Below the pieces are notes generated by a model. That model saw only the letters and a list, made by a program, of their open reading frames with translations, made no database searches and had not been told where the DNA came from. A stretch of 59,585 nucleotides of DNA, the filler included, from Sphacelaria rigidula (Eukaryota), in the NCBI GenBank assembly GCA_964200075.2. It is 10 parts of 10 records of this genome, joined end to end, with 100 filler letters (N's around TTAATTAATTAA, not from the genome) between each part and the next. Parts side by side here need not be neighbours in the genome. Positions count along the whole stretch, not along the records: positions 35,814 to 41,681 come from CAXNAA020023854.1; positions 41,782 to 47,649 come from CAXNAA020023855.1; positions 47,750 to 53,617 come from CAXNAA020023856.1; 7 more parts are not named here. The stretch is one strand, 5' to 3'. Below, piece by piece: positions 36,472-48,348 of the stretch (the stretch's first letter is position 1; each line of letters opens with the position of its first letter). Made by a program: the position numbers and the translations under genes.

Positions 36472-36929
36472 CTGGAAAACAACAAATTGCGTTCGCAAAA
36501 AAAGAGTTCTGTTGACGCTCATGTATGTATATTATGTATATGTGAATATTTGTGTGCTTCGTATGGATATTTCCGTTACATAAACGCTGCGATACAAACA
36601 GTACCCGAATGCTGGTCCAATCAAAACATGGCGCGGAGAGCATGCCAATCAACCAGGCTAATAGACATAGCCAAGTTCATGTGTCAGTGAATGACGGGTT
36701 CAAAAAAGAAGAAAAAAAACTGGACAGGTGGAGCACTATAATCTCGTCGAGGAGTGGTGGGGCATAATGCTATGGTGGCAATCGTCTACCAAGATGCCCT
36801 CTTTTTTTTCCTTCCAAAAAACGATCATTTGTAGTGTACTCTGTGTACCGTGTCCTGATTGCGGTTTCCCTCTCTCGTACGCAATTAACCCTTTTGGGAT
36901 CCCCCCCACTAACCTGGGATGTAACCCTT

Positions 36930-37179
36930 CCAAGGGGGTGTTGAGTAGTGTATTTCCTACGGTATAGTTGAATCATTTGAAAAATCTTGCGCAAAGTACC
37001 CAAAAACTTGGGTAGACTCTTGACATCGTATTCAAGCAATAACCAGATATTGGGTGGAGCGTTGCAGTTGTACCTGACTCGACCCAAACATTTGGGTAGA
37101 GTTTGGAGATCGGACAATCTCAACACAAAATTCAAGAGAGTAAATAACCGACTATTTACCCTACTCAACACACCCTCGG
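36930..37179. mobile_element. 250-bp MITE with 7-bp TSD AACCCTT
   Basis: TIRs ccaagggggtgttgagtag / ctactcaacacaccctcgg; AACCCTT at 36923-36929 and 37180-37186; a related end occurs near 24140-24164. Confidence 0.75.
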
Positions 37180-38816
37180 AACCCTTCGCGAGCGGCGGTC
37201 CATCTGCGAATCGATATCATTTTCAGTCGTTTTTCAAGTGAAAATGATGCCGATTCACAGTGGGCCCTCGCCCCCTCAATAGCGGGGGTCCGAAACCAAA
37301 GAGTTAATCAACACGTGTGCGCTATTTTTGTAGCTCGTTCTTCTGCAGCTCGTCGCAGTCATCTATTTCCGTCATCACTTACGGAACATCATCTCCCGAT
37401 GGACGTCAAGTCAGTGGCGAAAGAATAAAAGCTGCTGAGAAAACATCCTGTTTTTTTTCTTCTTCATTTTTCAGAACCGGACGTTCTTGTATTTCTGTTT
37501 TTGTTGTTCATGTCGTGCAGGGTGTGCTTGCCTCTCCCCGTGAATTTTTGTTCGTCCCGTCGCGCCACCCTAATTGTCCAAAATTTAAATACAGAAAATA
37601 CTGCTGCTTCAGTCTGTGATGAAAAACAGCCCAAGCACAAGATCACCAACCAGTACGTAGGTGGAGACATTACGACCTGTTATACGTGGGGGGGCATTGG
37701 GGGACTCTATCGAGGGTGGCATGGTGCACCTCGTGATCAACATGTGAGCAACTTTGAGGTAGGGGAGGGGGGGGGGAGATTATTTACCGTTGGTTGGTAA
37801 AACCCGCCGCATTCATATCGTTGCGCGTGTTGTTGCAAATTCGTTTGGATCCAAACCACACAGGATGAGCGAAGCCGCACCCATGTCTGCTCGTATCACG
37901 TCTACCGCTCTTTGCATTTTGGTTGTTGGCCCTACAGTAGTGTCCTGTGGAACATCAGCATTTGATGATAAATAATACCGTGCGTCGATTGAGAACTCCG
38001 CCCTGAGCCATAGGGCATTGTATGGGGCGTGACGTAGTTCATCTCGAGATTTACAGCGTAAAAAACTTCGAGGTCGCGGGGTGCCATTCGCCATCATCCG
38101 CCGCATTTTTCTAGTTGCGCACTTGCAATTTCGCTGCAAGAGTGGCTGGTTTGGGGAGGCAAAATCTCAACGTGAACCAAATTGACAAAAACCGAGCACA
38201 TCAAGCATCTGGGAACTCGTACGCTTGGGATCGTTTTTGCCAATGCCGCCAATACGAGGCGCTTCATACAGTGTGAAACCAGCTGTATGGCCGTTTTCTT
38301 CGTGAAAGTTTTGGGATTGGTTGGGGGGGGGGGGCTATCATGGCTGTGCGGAGGTTGCTACCACCTGTTGTACGCATACTTGTAGTACACCTCACACCGC
38401 CATTTCGTCCCCCTGTGTGAAGTATCGCACAGGGAGGACAAGAAGTATATATTCCCAATTTTCTATACTAAACGCAAGTATGTATGTGGGTGAAGTTGCC
38501 ATTAAATCGCATGTAGCTTTAGATTTCACCCTTCGACCGCCATGGTAGGCCATCTGTTGAATTGGCACGACTCTCCCTTGAAAAACTAGCGCATGACCCT
38601 GATGGCCCACGCTGCTTGGTAGTCGAAGGATCAAGTAAGGGGGAGTTAGGAGGTGGTCAGAAGGACACGTGATTCATTTTCCAGCCACCGATCCGCGATA
38701 TTCGCTACGCCCATAGACGGTACCGGATACAACTTGTATACTGTACTCTTTACTCTTGTCGTACTTGTACGAGTATGTATATTGCACTCAAGAGACAGTT
38801 GCGGTACATGACTGAC

Positions 38817-38936
38817 CTTCCGGCCAGGTCCTCGGGACTGTCCTTCATCGTCATCGGAAGCTATCGTCAGGTCCACCACCTCGCTACCACGCCCATCACC
38901 ACCACCGCCATCACCGCCATCACCGCCACTACTCAT
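38817..38936 (-). CDS. First coding exon of the same uncharacterised protein, SUMO-interacting-motif-like VVDLT+acidic
   Basis: ATG at 38936, MSSGGDGGDGGGGDGRGSEVVDLTIASDDDEGQSRGPGRK|gtcagt. Confidence 0.65.
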
Positions 38937-39432
38937 ATCTGCACAAAATAACACGCTACTACTCTATTTCTCCCAAGAGTGGTGCTACAACCTGAGAGCA
39001 GCACCCCGCGCTCTGGCGTGTGTGTCCCTATAGGCCTCGCCGCGCGAAGCGCGAAAACACCGCGAAGAAATACAGCAGTCGTTCAGCGCCACTCGAGCCG
39101 CGCTTTCATACTGTACGCCTTAGCGCGGAGGATACTTGAGACCTCAACCAGTGTGTCGTACGATCCGTGTTCTGCACGACCGTCACAATAACTACACAGC
39201 TACAGCGCTAGGAGTGATTTGTGCCCGACGCTTCCAATAGGGCAAGTCCCATGTGTCGTAAATTCGGAACAAATATATGGAAAAGTACCTGATGTAGGAG
39301 TAAAACAAATGGAAAAAGACTGCGTTCAACTTTCCTGGAATCATGTGCTGCAGGTATTGCAGGGACCACGGACCACGGGGGCTGTTCCTAGCAGGAATAA
39401 GAGGGAGCCAGCAGACACAGGCGATGGGAGCT

Positions 39433-39627
39433 ATGGTGGACACACGAGGATTGAATACAGGTTTTATTTTCTCTGCTGCGATGTTATTGTTGTTGTTGTT
39501 ACCCTTGGCGCGGCCGACACACGGCTTCTACCTTACCGCCGCAGGTTTTCACGTTAGCAGTCGAGCTACGACCACTGCGCGAAGATTCGGCTGCGGTGCT
39601 ACCGGTAGCTGGGCGCATCGACATCCT
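39433..39627 (+). CDS. First exon of a probable plastid-targeted protein (bipartite signal + transit peptide)
   Basis: MVDTRGLNTGFIFSAAMLLLLLLPLARPTHG-FYLTAAGFHVSSRATTTARRFG...HP|gtaagt: hydrophobic signal, Phe at +1 (ASAFAP-type), then an S/T/R-rich acid-free stretch; consensus donor. Confidence 0.6.
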
Positions 39628-39889
39628 GTAAGTGATATCAAGCAATAGTGTCCACTATGCTGTTCGCTTCTGTGCGTATGCGCATTCATGCATGGTACAC
39701 TGTAATGCTGCATTTTTCCTTCGCCTTCGTCGCCATTTGCTTTTGGCAAACGTACCGGAAACATGTACGTACCGGAATCATGTGTACGTTTATGCAGATA
39801 TCCACGCAAAACGCGTCATGGCATGCTTTTGTGCATTAGATACAACATTCGTTGTGACAAGTACCAACGCGGTAATATATAACGTGTAC

Positions 39890-41137
39890 GAGCTGGGCCA
39901 ACCTAAAAACGGATTTAAGCTTCAAAAGCAATAACTCAACGACACAGACGAGTTGAGCCGTGATCCGCATATCGTATTAATCATCTAATCAAGGAGAAGG
40001 TGCAATTTGCTAAAAAAAATCTGGGCCGATTTTTTCTCGTTCATTAAACCCCATGTCTAATAGTTCCTATACTGTACGGAGATAGCGTCCAAACTAAAAT
40101 CTATATGAAACCCCGAACGATGCATTCAGCGGATGATGACGATTTTTGTGTGGACCTTCCCTGGAGCATGGGGAGACGATAGATAACCTCACCTTCACCT
40201 AATTCATGAACTATCTCGAGATATGGCCTATATAAGGTTATATACTAAAATTAATATATTACGAGCAGAGGCACTAGATGCCCTAAAATTCTAAATTTGG
40301 GTATCGCGTCTCAAATTTTGAGAGCTGTGCCATGAATTTGGTATGGAAAACCGCTAGCAGTGCATGATGAATGAACAAAACAGCTTTTTACTCTATTTTC
40401 GTGTTTTTATTTGTTCTCGTGTTATTAGGGAAGTTTCGAGGAGAAATAAACATCGCTCTCGGGCCTCATGTCAATATTTGAGCTCAATTTTTTTTAATTG
40501 TGATTTGAAACTTAGCATGGAGAACGACAGAGGTATGCTGACTTGAAATAAAAACTGTCGTTACCATACTAAAACGCCCTAAACCAGCGAAATAAATAAA
40601 TCAAAACCATCTGATTCATTTGTCTTCGTTCATCATGACCTAGCGAGGTCCTGCACAAAGGTTTGAAAACACAAACACCAAGCGTGGGCCGGTAAACGGC
40701 CTGCGAAACACTGTTCCGAATTTCCACCGGCCCGGTGTTGAAAAGGCGATTTCGCAATTTTTTTACTTAGAGTCGGAAACTGAAATTTGGTATAGACAAT
40801 CAACGGGGCAGAAAAAAAATGTGTCGGGTCCCATTTTTTTTTTCTTCATGAGTTGGGCCGTTTCTTCCGGGTGGTTATGTTCCCTCGTATTTCGCAACAT
40901 ATTATGAGGAAAAAATACCGCTGGGAAAATACTATGAGAGATGTTGACCCTAGCTTACGGTTGCAGATATATTTTTGAGGGGGGGGGATACCAAAAGAAA
41001 ACGGTCAGCGGAAACCGAAGGGATGTGCAGGCCAAGGCGAGGTACAAAGACCTAAAGACTTTGCCATGCCAAGCTCCCTGTGTTCATGTATAAATACCTG
41101 AAGCGTAGACCTCCCCCGATCGCTGCTGGCCCAGCTC
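39890..41137. mobile_element. Complete 1248-bp non-autonomous DNA transposon, GAG...CTC termini, 4-bp TSD GTAC/GCAC (Sola-like)
   Basis: GTAC|GAGCTGGGCCAAC ... GCTGGCCCAGCTC|GCAC (12/13 TIR); AT-rich interior with no credible ORF. Confidence 0.8.
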
Positions 41138-41179
41138 GCACTGTGTGCAACTTACCATCTTCAATCTATACTGCCATAT

Positions 41180-41650
41180 CACGTACGCGGCAGTACAGAC
41201 TAAAGTACTGTACTGTCTGGTACTGTCTATACTGCACTCCTCCACATCAATTCTAGTGCAGCCGTTGTATATTACCGTCTCCAACCTGACATGTGTGCAT
41301 GTATACTGCCGTATGCGGCAGGCAGAACAGGCAGTATTATACTGCTTAGTTCTGTCTGTACTGCACGTTGCCCACATAATCATGAGTACAGCCGTTGTAC
41401 TACTGGCAAAGTAACCTTTTTATCCTACTGTACCGCTGTACTGTTGGATGCGGCAGTACAACCCACGTTGTGTCTGTATTGCACGTCGCCCAAATAATTT
41501 TCGGCAGCCGTCGGGTGCAGCATGGCATGTGGATCCTACTGTTCAATCGGCAGTACAGACAGTACAGTACTGCCTGCTATTGTCTGTATTGCACGTTGTC
41601 CACATATCTCACGCTGTACGCATCATTTTTTCTACAGCCGTGCGTACTAC
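41180..41650. repeat. Degenerate tandem repeat, ~4 units of ~100-135 bp
   Basis: Recurring cggcagtaca ... tgtctgta(c/t)tgcacgt.g.ccacat ... cagccgt. Confidence 0.65.
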
Positions 41651-42898
41651 TGTTGTGTGCAAGCTGACACCTACAACTCACNNNNNNNNNNNNNNNNNNN
41701 NNNNNNNNNNNNNNNNNNNNNNNNNTTAATTAATTAANNNNNNNNNNNNNNNNNNNNNNNNNNNNNNNNNNNNNNNNNNNNAGTGGGATCGCAGCCGGTT
41801 CGTTGGATGGTGCCGGTGCACTTTTTGTGGGGGGGCTATCTCGGCATTAGTCAAGAGTCAATAGAAAACGGTTGCGAAACAGCTGTGCACATCATTACGG
41901 TCTCTTGGTGGAGTGACCCTACCTGCGCAACGATGTGCGCATGGGTCTAGGCGTGACTCACCATCGGGTGATTACCCACGTAGACCGCAAATAAATAATG
42001 GCAACTGACGATCTGTCACGGAGTGCATGTGTTGGCCATGGTGTGTCCACATCTCCATTCCTGTGGATCACAAAAGCAGCACCCACGTTTTTGCGGAATC
42101 GGGTGCTTGTCCACATTCACGGGTACACGTGAGTTAATACATTCGAGTTCGCGGATGCCCACGGACACCTACAATTCAAAAAGGGTTGCTGATTCTGCCC
42201 ATGGTGACCACGGGAAGAGGAACCTAGCCATTCACATGAACAACCATGAGTACTCGTGGGTCGATCCATGCGGTGTCCGATGATCACCAACGACAGTCGC
42301 CGGTAGAGGAACTCATCGGTACCTAAGGGCGTTCATGAGTGCCCCTGAGTACCCATGGGCACCCTTGGGTAACGCCAAGGAATACCAGGATCCTCGACTA
42401 TCAACATGAGTAGATGAGTTTCCTGTGGAGGTGGCTCTACTATGCTGTGTACGTCATTTCTCCTAAATTTCTGCTAGGTCTGGATCCGCCGGTGTGTTCT
42501 CTGCGTTGGGACAACATCAGCTGATTTTTCGACGTGTTTTATTTCGTCTAGGGAGTGTGTGCGGTTGACAGTGCGAAAGTTCACTCCAAAAGCCCGAGTC
42601 CCACGCCATTCGGAGCACACCTCGGAGCAATACATACCCCTACCGCAGTTGACAAGTTGCTGCAGTAAGCACGCGAAGAAAAAACATCTGCCAGCTACTT
42701 CGACATTCAAATTGCGCATCTACCCTAGGCACGACCTGTTGCATTTATGCCTAGTAGGACCAATGCGAGGATATTATTACTGGTGTGGCATGCACTCGCA
42801 CATGGTCGGCCAAATACATGAAACCACTAAATATGCGTCCGCAAGTCATACATCAGCGAATGGTGGTATGTCTGTTTATGCATTTTGACGTGCGACAG

Positions 42899-43080
42899 GC
42901 CACGCCAGAAACAATCAGCCTCAGTGTGCTTCCGCTCGGCAGCACGACAAGCGCCACTGAGGTCAGTCAAGATGGCGGTGTACTGGTCGTGCGGGCATGC
43001 AGCGCATCGCAGATCGACGGTGTGACAGCGCTCCTAGAAATCGTCAGCGGACCGCTCGTTCCACAGAAACCCATGACCAG
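42899..43080 (+). CDS. DNAAF9: DNAAF9 (Shulin/C20orf194)-like protein, C-terminal region exon
   Basis: cag|ATPETISLSVLPL...LLEIVSGPLVPQKPMT+AG|gtgagg; phase 2 fits the next exon. Confidence 0.65.
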
Positions 43081-43765
43081 GTGAGGGGGTGAGTTCATCG
43101 TTTCGAGTCTTCGAAGAATGGTATACATATATACTAACGTAGCATAACAGCGAGGCTACAGAGCGGGTGCAGCTTCCATTTTTTGCTGAAAAAAGGTTCC
43201 AAGTTCGAGAGTGGTGCACATTGTGGATCGTGCGCTTGGAGGTGTTGTTTATGGTATGCAATGTCAGGCGCGGTGACCCGACGAACGTGATTGTGTTATA
43301 GTGTGTAATGTCGATGTTTCGTTGGACCGGCCTATATATAGGTAGCGCGGGGCCGCACCGATCGTTATACATACGGCGAGAGAGTGTACTTATGTCCTGT
43401 CGACCCTCGCCTGCCTGTTCCTCCGGATCATACACGCTTGGGACTTGTCGCGTGGTCGATTCGTGGTTTGCATGGCTCGATCAAGACATGGTGAAGAAAA
43501 TGTCCAATAGCAGTCTCGAGGGCATATTTTCTGTTAGTCGAGTGAAACGACAAACGTGCTCCGATTCATCGCATCCCATTCATGATCAATCGATTTTTTA
43601 GTGCATCGTGCTCCATGTTCGTTTTTCTTGGGTACGTCAATCATGAGGCCGCGGCTGGATCCCTGAGAGGTCCGTTGAAGTGCGACAATCTACCACCACC
43701 ACACACATCCCCGTCCACTTAATTTCCGTCTTTGCGGTTGATCTGTAACTATTTTCGTCATCCAG

Positions 43766-43896
43766 GGCGGACGTCTCCGTGGTTGAACTATGTAAACTGC
43801 AGCAAGACCACGAGCAGGACCCTTTGCCAGCGGGATGGTTTTATGACGGCGCAGCTTTTGTGGACTATGACGGGAACAGGAGGAGCGATCGCCCAG
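43766..43896 (+). CDS. DNAAF9: DNAAF9-like exon with the conserved PLPAGWFYDG..FV motif
   Basis: cag|G GCG... encodes ADVSVVELCKLQQDHEQDPLPAGWFYDGAAFVDYDGNRRSDRP+G|gtgatt; resembles the DNAAF9 C-terminal PLPxGxFYxGxxFV segment as I recall it. Confidence 0.75.
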
Positions 43897-44300
43897 GTGA
43901 TTGTTTCAATCTTGACGTGACCGTCAAGAAACGAGTGGCTTCATTCTTCTCTTTGACAAGTTGTTCATCTGATGATTCAACGAGTAGATACTCACGAACG
44001 GGCAATCGCCTCCGGTTGAAATGACCATGATGTAAATATTCAATAGCCAAGGGAGCAGCGGCCGGACAAGGAGAGGATTTGTCATACCGTAGGCAAAGCA
44101 AATATGTGCAGGTGCGACTACGCGGGAGGGAGCCGATCAAAACCACACTCAAGGCCGGTATTGTCAAGCGGGTTCATCTAACTTTGTGTTAGCAATGTTT
44201 GCCTCGCGATGCTTCCACGTTTTCCTGTTATACAAATCCCTTAAAGGGGGATATTTTTAGTGATGAAAAAAAGACAAGAGGATCTACTCGAAAATGGGGG

Positions 44301-45788
44301 CTCAACATCGCGATGAAGTTGAACCTGCATTTGGAATATCGCCATTTCCGCCAAAATAGCTTGGGTTGGGGAAGCACTTTCGGCTAGTGTATTTGTGTTG
44401 ACAACCAAGCAGGTGTGGCCGTGTGCATTCAATTCATTCGGTGTACACGTTTGTCGATGAAGATGCAACCGGAGGAGCAATGACGAAGAGAAAGCTGTTC
44501 GCCCTTGTTGTTTCTGTGTCTTGGTTTGGCGATTCCCAGTCGGTCGGGAGATTAGCACCGGGTTACCACCACACACACCGTTTGCCAACCCTTCCGTCAG
44601 CACGAGAACGGCAGGCGGCTAGCTGTACAGCCCAAACAACGGACGCGGCTTGCCTTGCCTGATGTATTCGTGTCTTGTCTATGGCGCTGATCAGTGCAAT
44701 GATCGATTCCTTCCTACCTCTCTTTTTGGGTAGGACGTGCCTCTGTGCGCTACAGAACATATCGTCGAAAAGCAGGGGGATATTCCCGTCACCGCTACCG
44801 CTCTCACACACATGAATGTGGGAGCAATGACGGTTGCGCCGAGATCCGACCAGTGGTCAGGGATGCTATCGTGAGTATCTCGTCGTCAATAAACAGAGCG
44901 TTTATTTTAGTTTGGAGTTCAGTCGATGCGCACTGTGAGGGATCATCCTTCACTCTGCCGAAGCCACCACAAGAATTTGCCTGACGCGAAATATGCTTCC
45001 ACCACGAGCAAGGGTGTTTTCGTAACATATGGACTACTTGGCATTTCATTTCTGGCCCAAGCCATCGAGCGCTGACCAACAAGTCTTGTCTGAGATAGCT
45101 CTATTTAGGGTTGAAGGAGCACAGCAATGACCAGTCCGGTGCTGTTGTTCCCCTCTCTCATACCCAAACCATTGATCGTAACTGGCTGTAGCCACTCTGG
45201 CACGTGCACATGCCAAAGCGTTTGCGTGTGTAGAGGAATAATGAAAGGAATTTGAAAACGGGTGCCCGCAAGAACGGTAGCGGTGACAGGAACATGGCCT
45301 TGTTTTTTCGACGGCAAGTTCTGTACCGCACAGAGACACGTCTTGTCCAAAAGAGAGGCAGGAAGGGATCGATCTTCGCACTAATTAGGGCGACAGACTA
45401 GACACCAATATATCACCCAAGATGCGGCAAGCCAAGCAGTATTCTGGCTCGGACTGTACAACTAGCCGCCTGCCGTTCGTGTGCCTACGGAAAGGCTGGC
45501 AAACGATGTGCGTGGTGGTAACCTGGTGCCAGTCCCTCCGCCAATTGGGAAATACCGAACGAAGGCAAACAAATAACCGGGCGAGAAGCTTCCTCTCCAC
45601 CGTTGCTCCTCCGGTGGCAACGGCATCGGCACGTGTACACCAAATGAATTGCGTGCACCCAGCCACACCTGCGTAGCTTTCAACACAAATACACTAACCG
45701 GGGGTGAAATAAAGTGATTTCTTAACCCAAACGATTTTTGGCGGCAATGGCGAGATTCCAAACGCAGGTTTAACCTCGCAATGCTGAA
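44301..45788. mobile_element. ~1.5-kb foldback element with ~500-bp inverted arms (44301-44804 / 45271-45788)
   Basis: Collinear reverse-complement matches throughout, e.g. tagtgtatttgtgttga/tcaacacaaatacacta, ggcaggcggctag/ctagccgcctgcc, gtcaccgctaccg/cggtagcggtgac; no TSD resolved. Confidence 0.8.
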
Positions 45789-45859
45789 TCCTATTATATA
45801 TAATATATATATTTAGACCCTCTGATAATCCTCTTACACGGTATTTCAGGTATCATCTG

Positions 45860-46780
45860 AAATGATGAGGTATTTCCGAGGCGTTTCTTGGAGAAAGACA
45901 ATGCCAGGGCATACAAACAATAAATGCCTCGTTGGTATATTCTTGTCATATACAGATGAGGGATCCTTGGCTATTAGATGTTGCTTGTGGGGCAATTGAA
46001 TCCATATCTTGTGAACCGATATTTCTACTCCATTCATGTAACGTTGAGATCCCGAGCTCGGCGGAGGTTAATGTGCTTGTGGGAACGAATTGGAATTTGT
46101 CGCATGGGATGGTTCCAGGATCATTCTGCGGATGAGTATGATGTTTAGTTTGGGCGGGTATGATGAAAACTGATTGCTGGTTAGGGTTCCATGGGATCTT
46201 TACGTGCATGTTATTTGCTGTTTTGTTTCGATGGCCCGTACACGATGAACAGAGGACCTTGAGTGGAGACAAGCGAGGAGTGTCATCGCGCACTCTCTCA
46301 CTTGGGTTCGAGTCGCTTTCATTTGAATTAGCTGCCTCTTTGGCCACGTATCGAATAACAGCTATCTTGGGACATCGCCGTCTCTCTCACTCCTACGGGT
46401 TAGCCAAATCCCTGCGGGTGATCCTCAACTGTGGTTGAATGTTTCCTCGTTCATATCGTGCCATATATTTGATTTCCCCTCGGTCCGAGTCATCTTGGTC
46501 GATGTCCTATAAATCTTACACTGGGAAGGCCAGCTTATAGGAAGCTCAATTCCATCGGAGCCCCTGGTGCTGTGTGAACCAGGACATTCATTGACGAGAT
46601 ACTTATGAGCCTCTGTAGGAACCCCGTGAAAACCGCAGGAGCATAATTGTCGGTCAACCTTAGATCATTGTTTGGCCGGTTTTGGTGAAAACCATTTTCA
46701 CCTAGCAGGTAATCTTTGATGCTTACCGTGAACGATGTCCTGCTCTCCGGCGATGCATCGTATTGTGTCGTCGACATTGC
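45860..46780 (-). mobile_element. Highly decayed Ty3/Gypsy RT-RNase H remnant
   Basis: Ordered fragments: PESRTSFT..APAVF..VLVHT (RT), GEIKY, IPWNPNQQSVF (connection), P.DKFQF..TSAELG (TDAS region), GIVF...RKYL (RNase H). Confidence 0.45.
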
Positions 46781-46985
46781 TAACTGGGCGATCGGTTCAA
46801 TTCAAACGAAAATATGGTCAAACTCAGTAGTGTAGCATTGCAACACCAGCACGCGACTTGCTTGCGATAAGTACTATAGGTACAAGAACACAGCAGCAAC
46901 ATGTTGACCTCAAACCTCCCCCTCCCCTTCCCCGATTTTGCACATGGCCGTCTCGACGCCGATTGTGTCCCGTGTTCTTGTACAG

Positions 46986-47044
46986 ATATGGCCGAGATAA
47001 TCGACAGACACCTCGAGCTTCTCAACAGAGAATTGTCATTGTAG
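46986..47044 (+). CDS. DNAAF9: DNAAF9-like last exon
   Basis: tacag|AT ATG... encodes (D)MAEIIDRHLELLNRELSL*; phase-1 compatible and matches the expected terminal helix (..NRE.). Confidence 0.6.
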
Positions 47045-48348
47045 TTGCAGCGTAAACCAAGGGTGGTTTCTGATTTATGATACATTCAGAAGTATTCGAG
47101 AGGGAGTGACGGAAACATTTTGAGGCACGGTCCATGCTTCGGCAGAAACTGCTACAGTGAAATAAACCCTGAAGATCCGCGACCGTTGAGGACAAAGGTG
47201 AATCATGGCAGCAGGAGACAACAGGGTTCCGTGGGATTGGAACGGCGTATTCTGCGGAGGCTGCGAACGCTATGAAGCTGAAGTAGCTGACAGTGCTACC
47301 ACAATCTCGATATTCGATGTGGATAGTAGGCGGCAAACAAGAGGCAGCACATCAATATTATCGATCTTGCTGCATGCACTTTTTCTTAGATTCTCATCTA
47401 CATAAGGCGTGGTGACTGCCTACTTTATGGTTGGATAGCAATTTGGAAGTACCCCCTATATAGGGGACACGGGCAGAAGATATGGGCGCGGTATGAAGTC
47501 TTCGAAGCTTTACAGGCTGGTTCACGAAAACAAAAAACACTCATCGGCAAAATTTCACGCCGTTTTAAGGAGTTAGACCCTGAAATTTTGCACAGGTGTT
47601 CTATGGGTCATTACGCAACTTTTCAACGTCGATTTTTTTTTTTCACCTTNNNNNNNNNNNNNNNNNNNNNNNNNNNNNNNNNNNNNNNNNNNNTTAATTA
47701 ATTAANNNNNNNNNNNNNNNNNNNNNNNNNNNNNNNNNNNNNNNNNNNNAGCCAGAGTTGCTCAACCCTTGGACCGCGGTGCCGGTAGTCCATCTGGGCC
47801 ACGTGTAATTTTTTCAAGTGAATATTGATGCCGGGTCAGCAAGTGACCTACTCTCGCGGTCTAGCGGTTAGCTTCTCATGCGGAGTTTTGGGGAGGAAGA
47901 TACTTTCGCTCTGTGTTACTCTTTCGTATCTTCCCTGCAATAGAGAAATGCGACTTCAACCCCATTTTAGTGTTAAACACCAAAATTTAAAATCAACTGT
48001 TAAGGGTAAAACCATAGCGCACTTGGTTTGGAGTTCAGATGAAAAACCTGTAGCCCATTCCAATCTTTTATATAAAAAAAACAGCATCGTATTTTCTGGT
48101 CTTTTTCATTTTTGATCGAAAAACAATTGAAACGAGGTACGAGCCATCGATGGCGAAGGGTGGCCGCGAACTTGAGACAGGCAACGTGGCAGAGCATTAT
48201 GGGAGCGCGGGGCACCGCCTGAAGTCGACAGCGGGAAAAGGCTGCAGCAAGAAGGCGGTAATGTTTATGTCTATACTGGTGCCGGCTCAGGCGCTTTCGC
48301 ATCCGCGTGATTTGTGGTGTCGCTGCTGCGATTTTCTGCGCCGAGTAC

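Noticed and set aside
41180..41650. CRISPR-like repeat-spacer array
   Set aside because: Repeats are far from identical, unit length varies by >30 bp, the context is eukaryotic and there are no cas genes.
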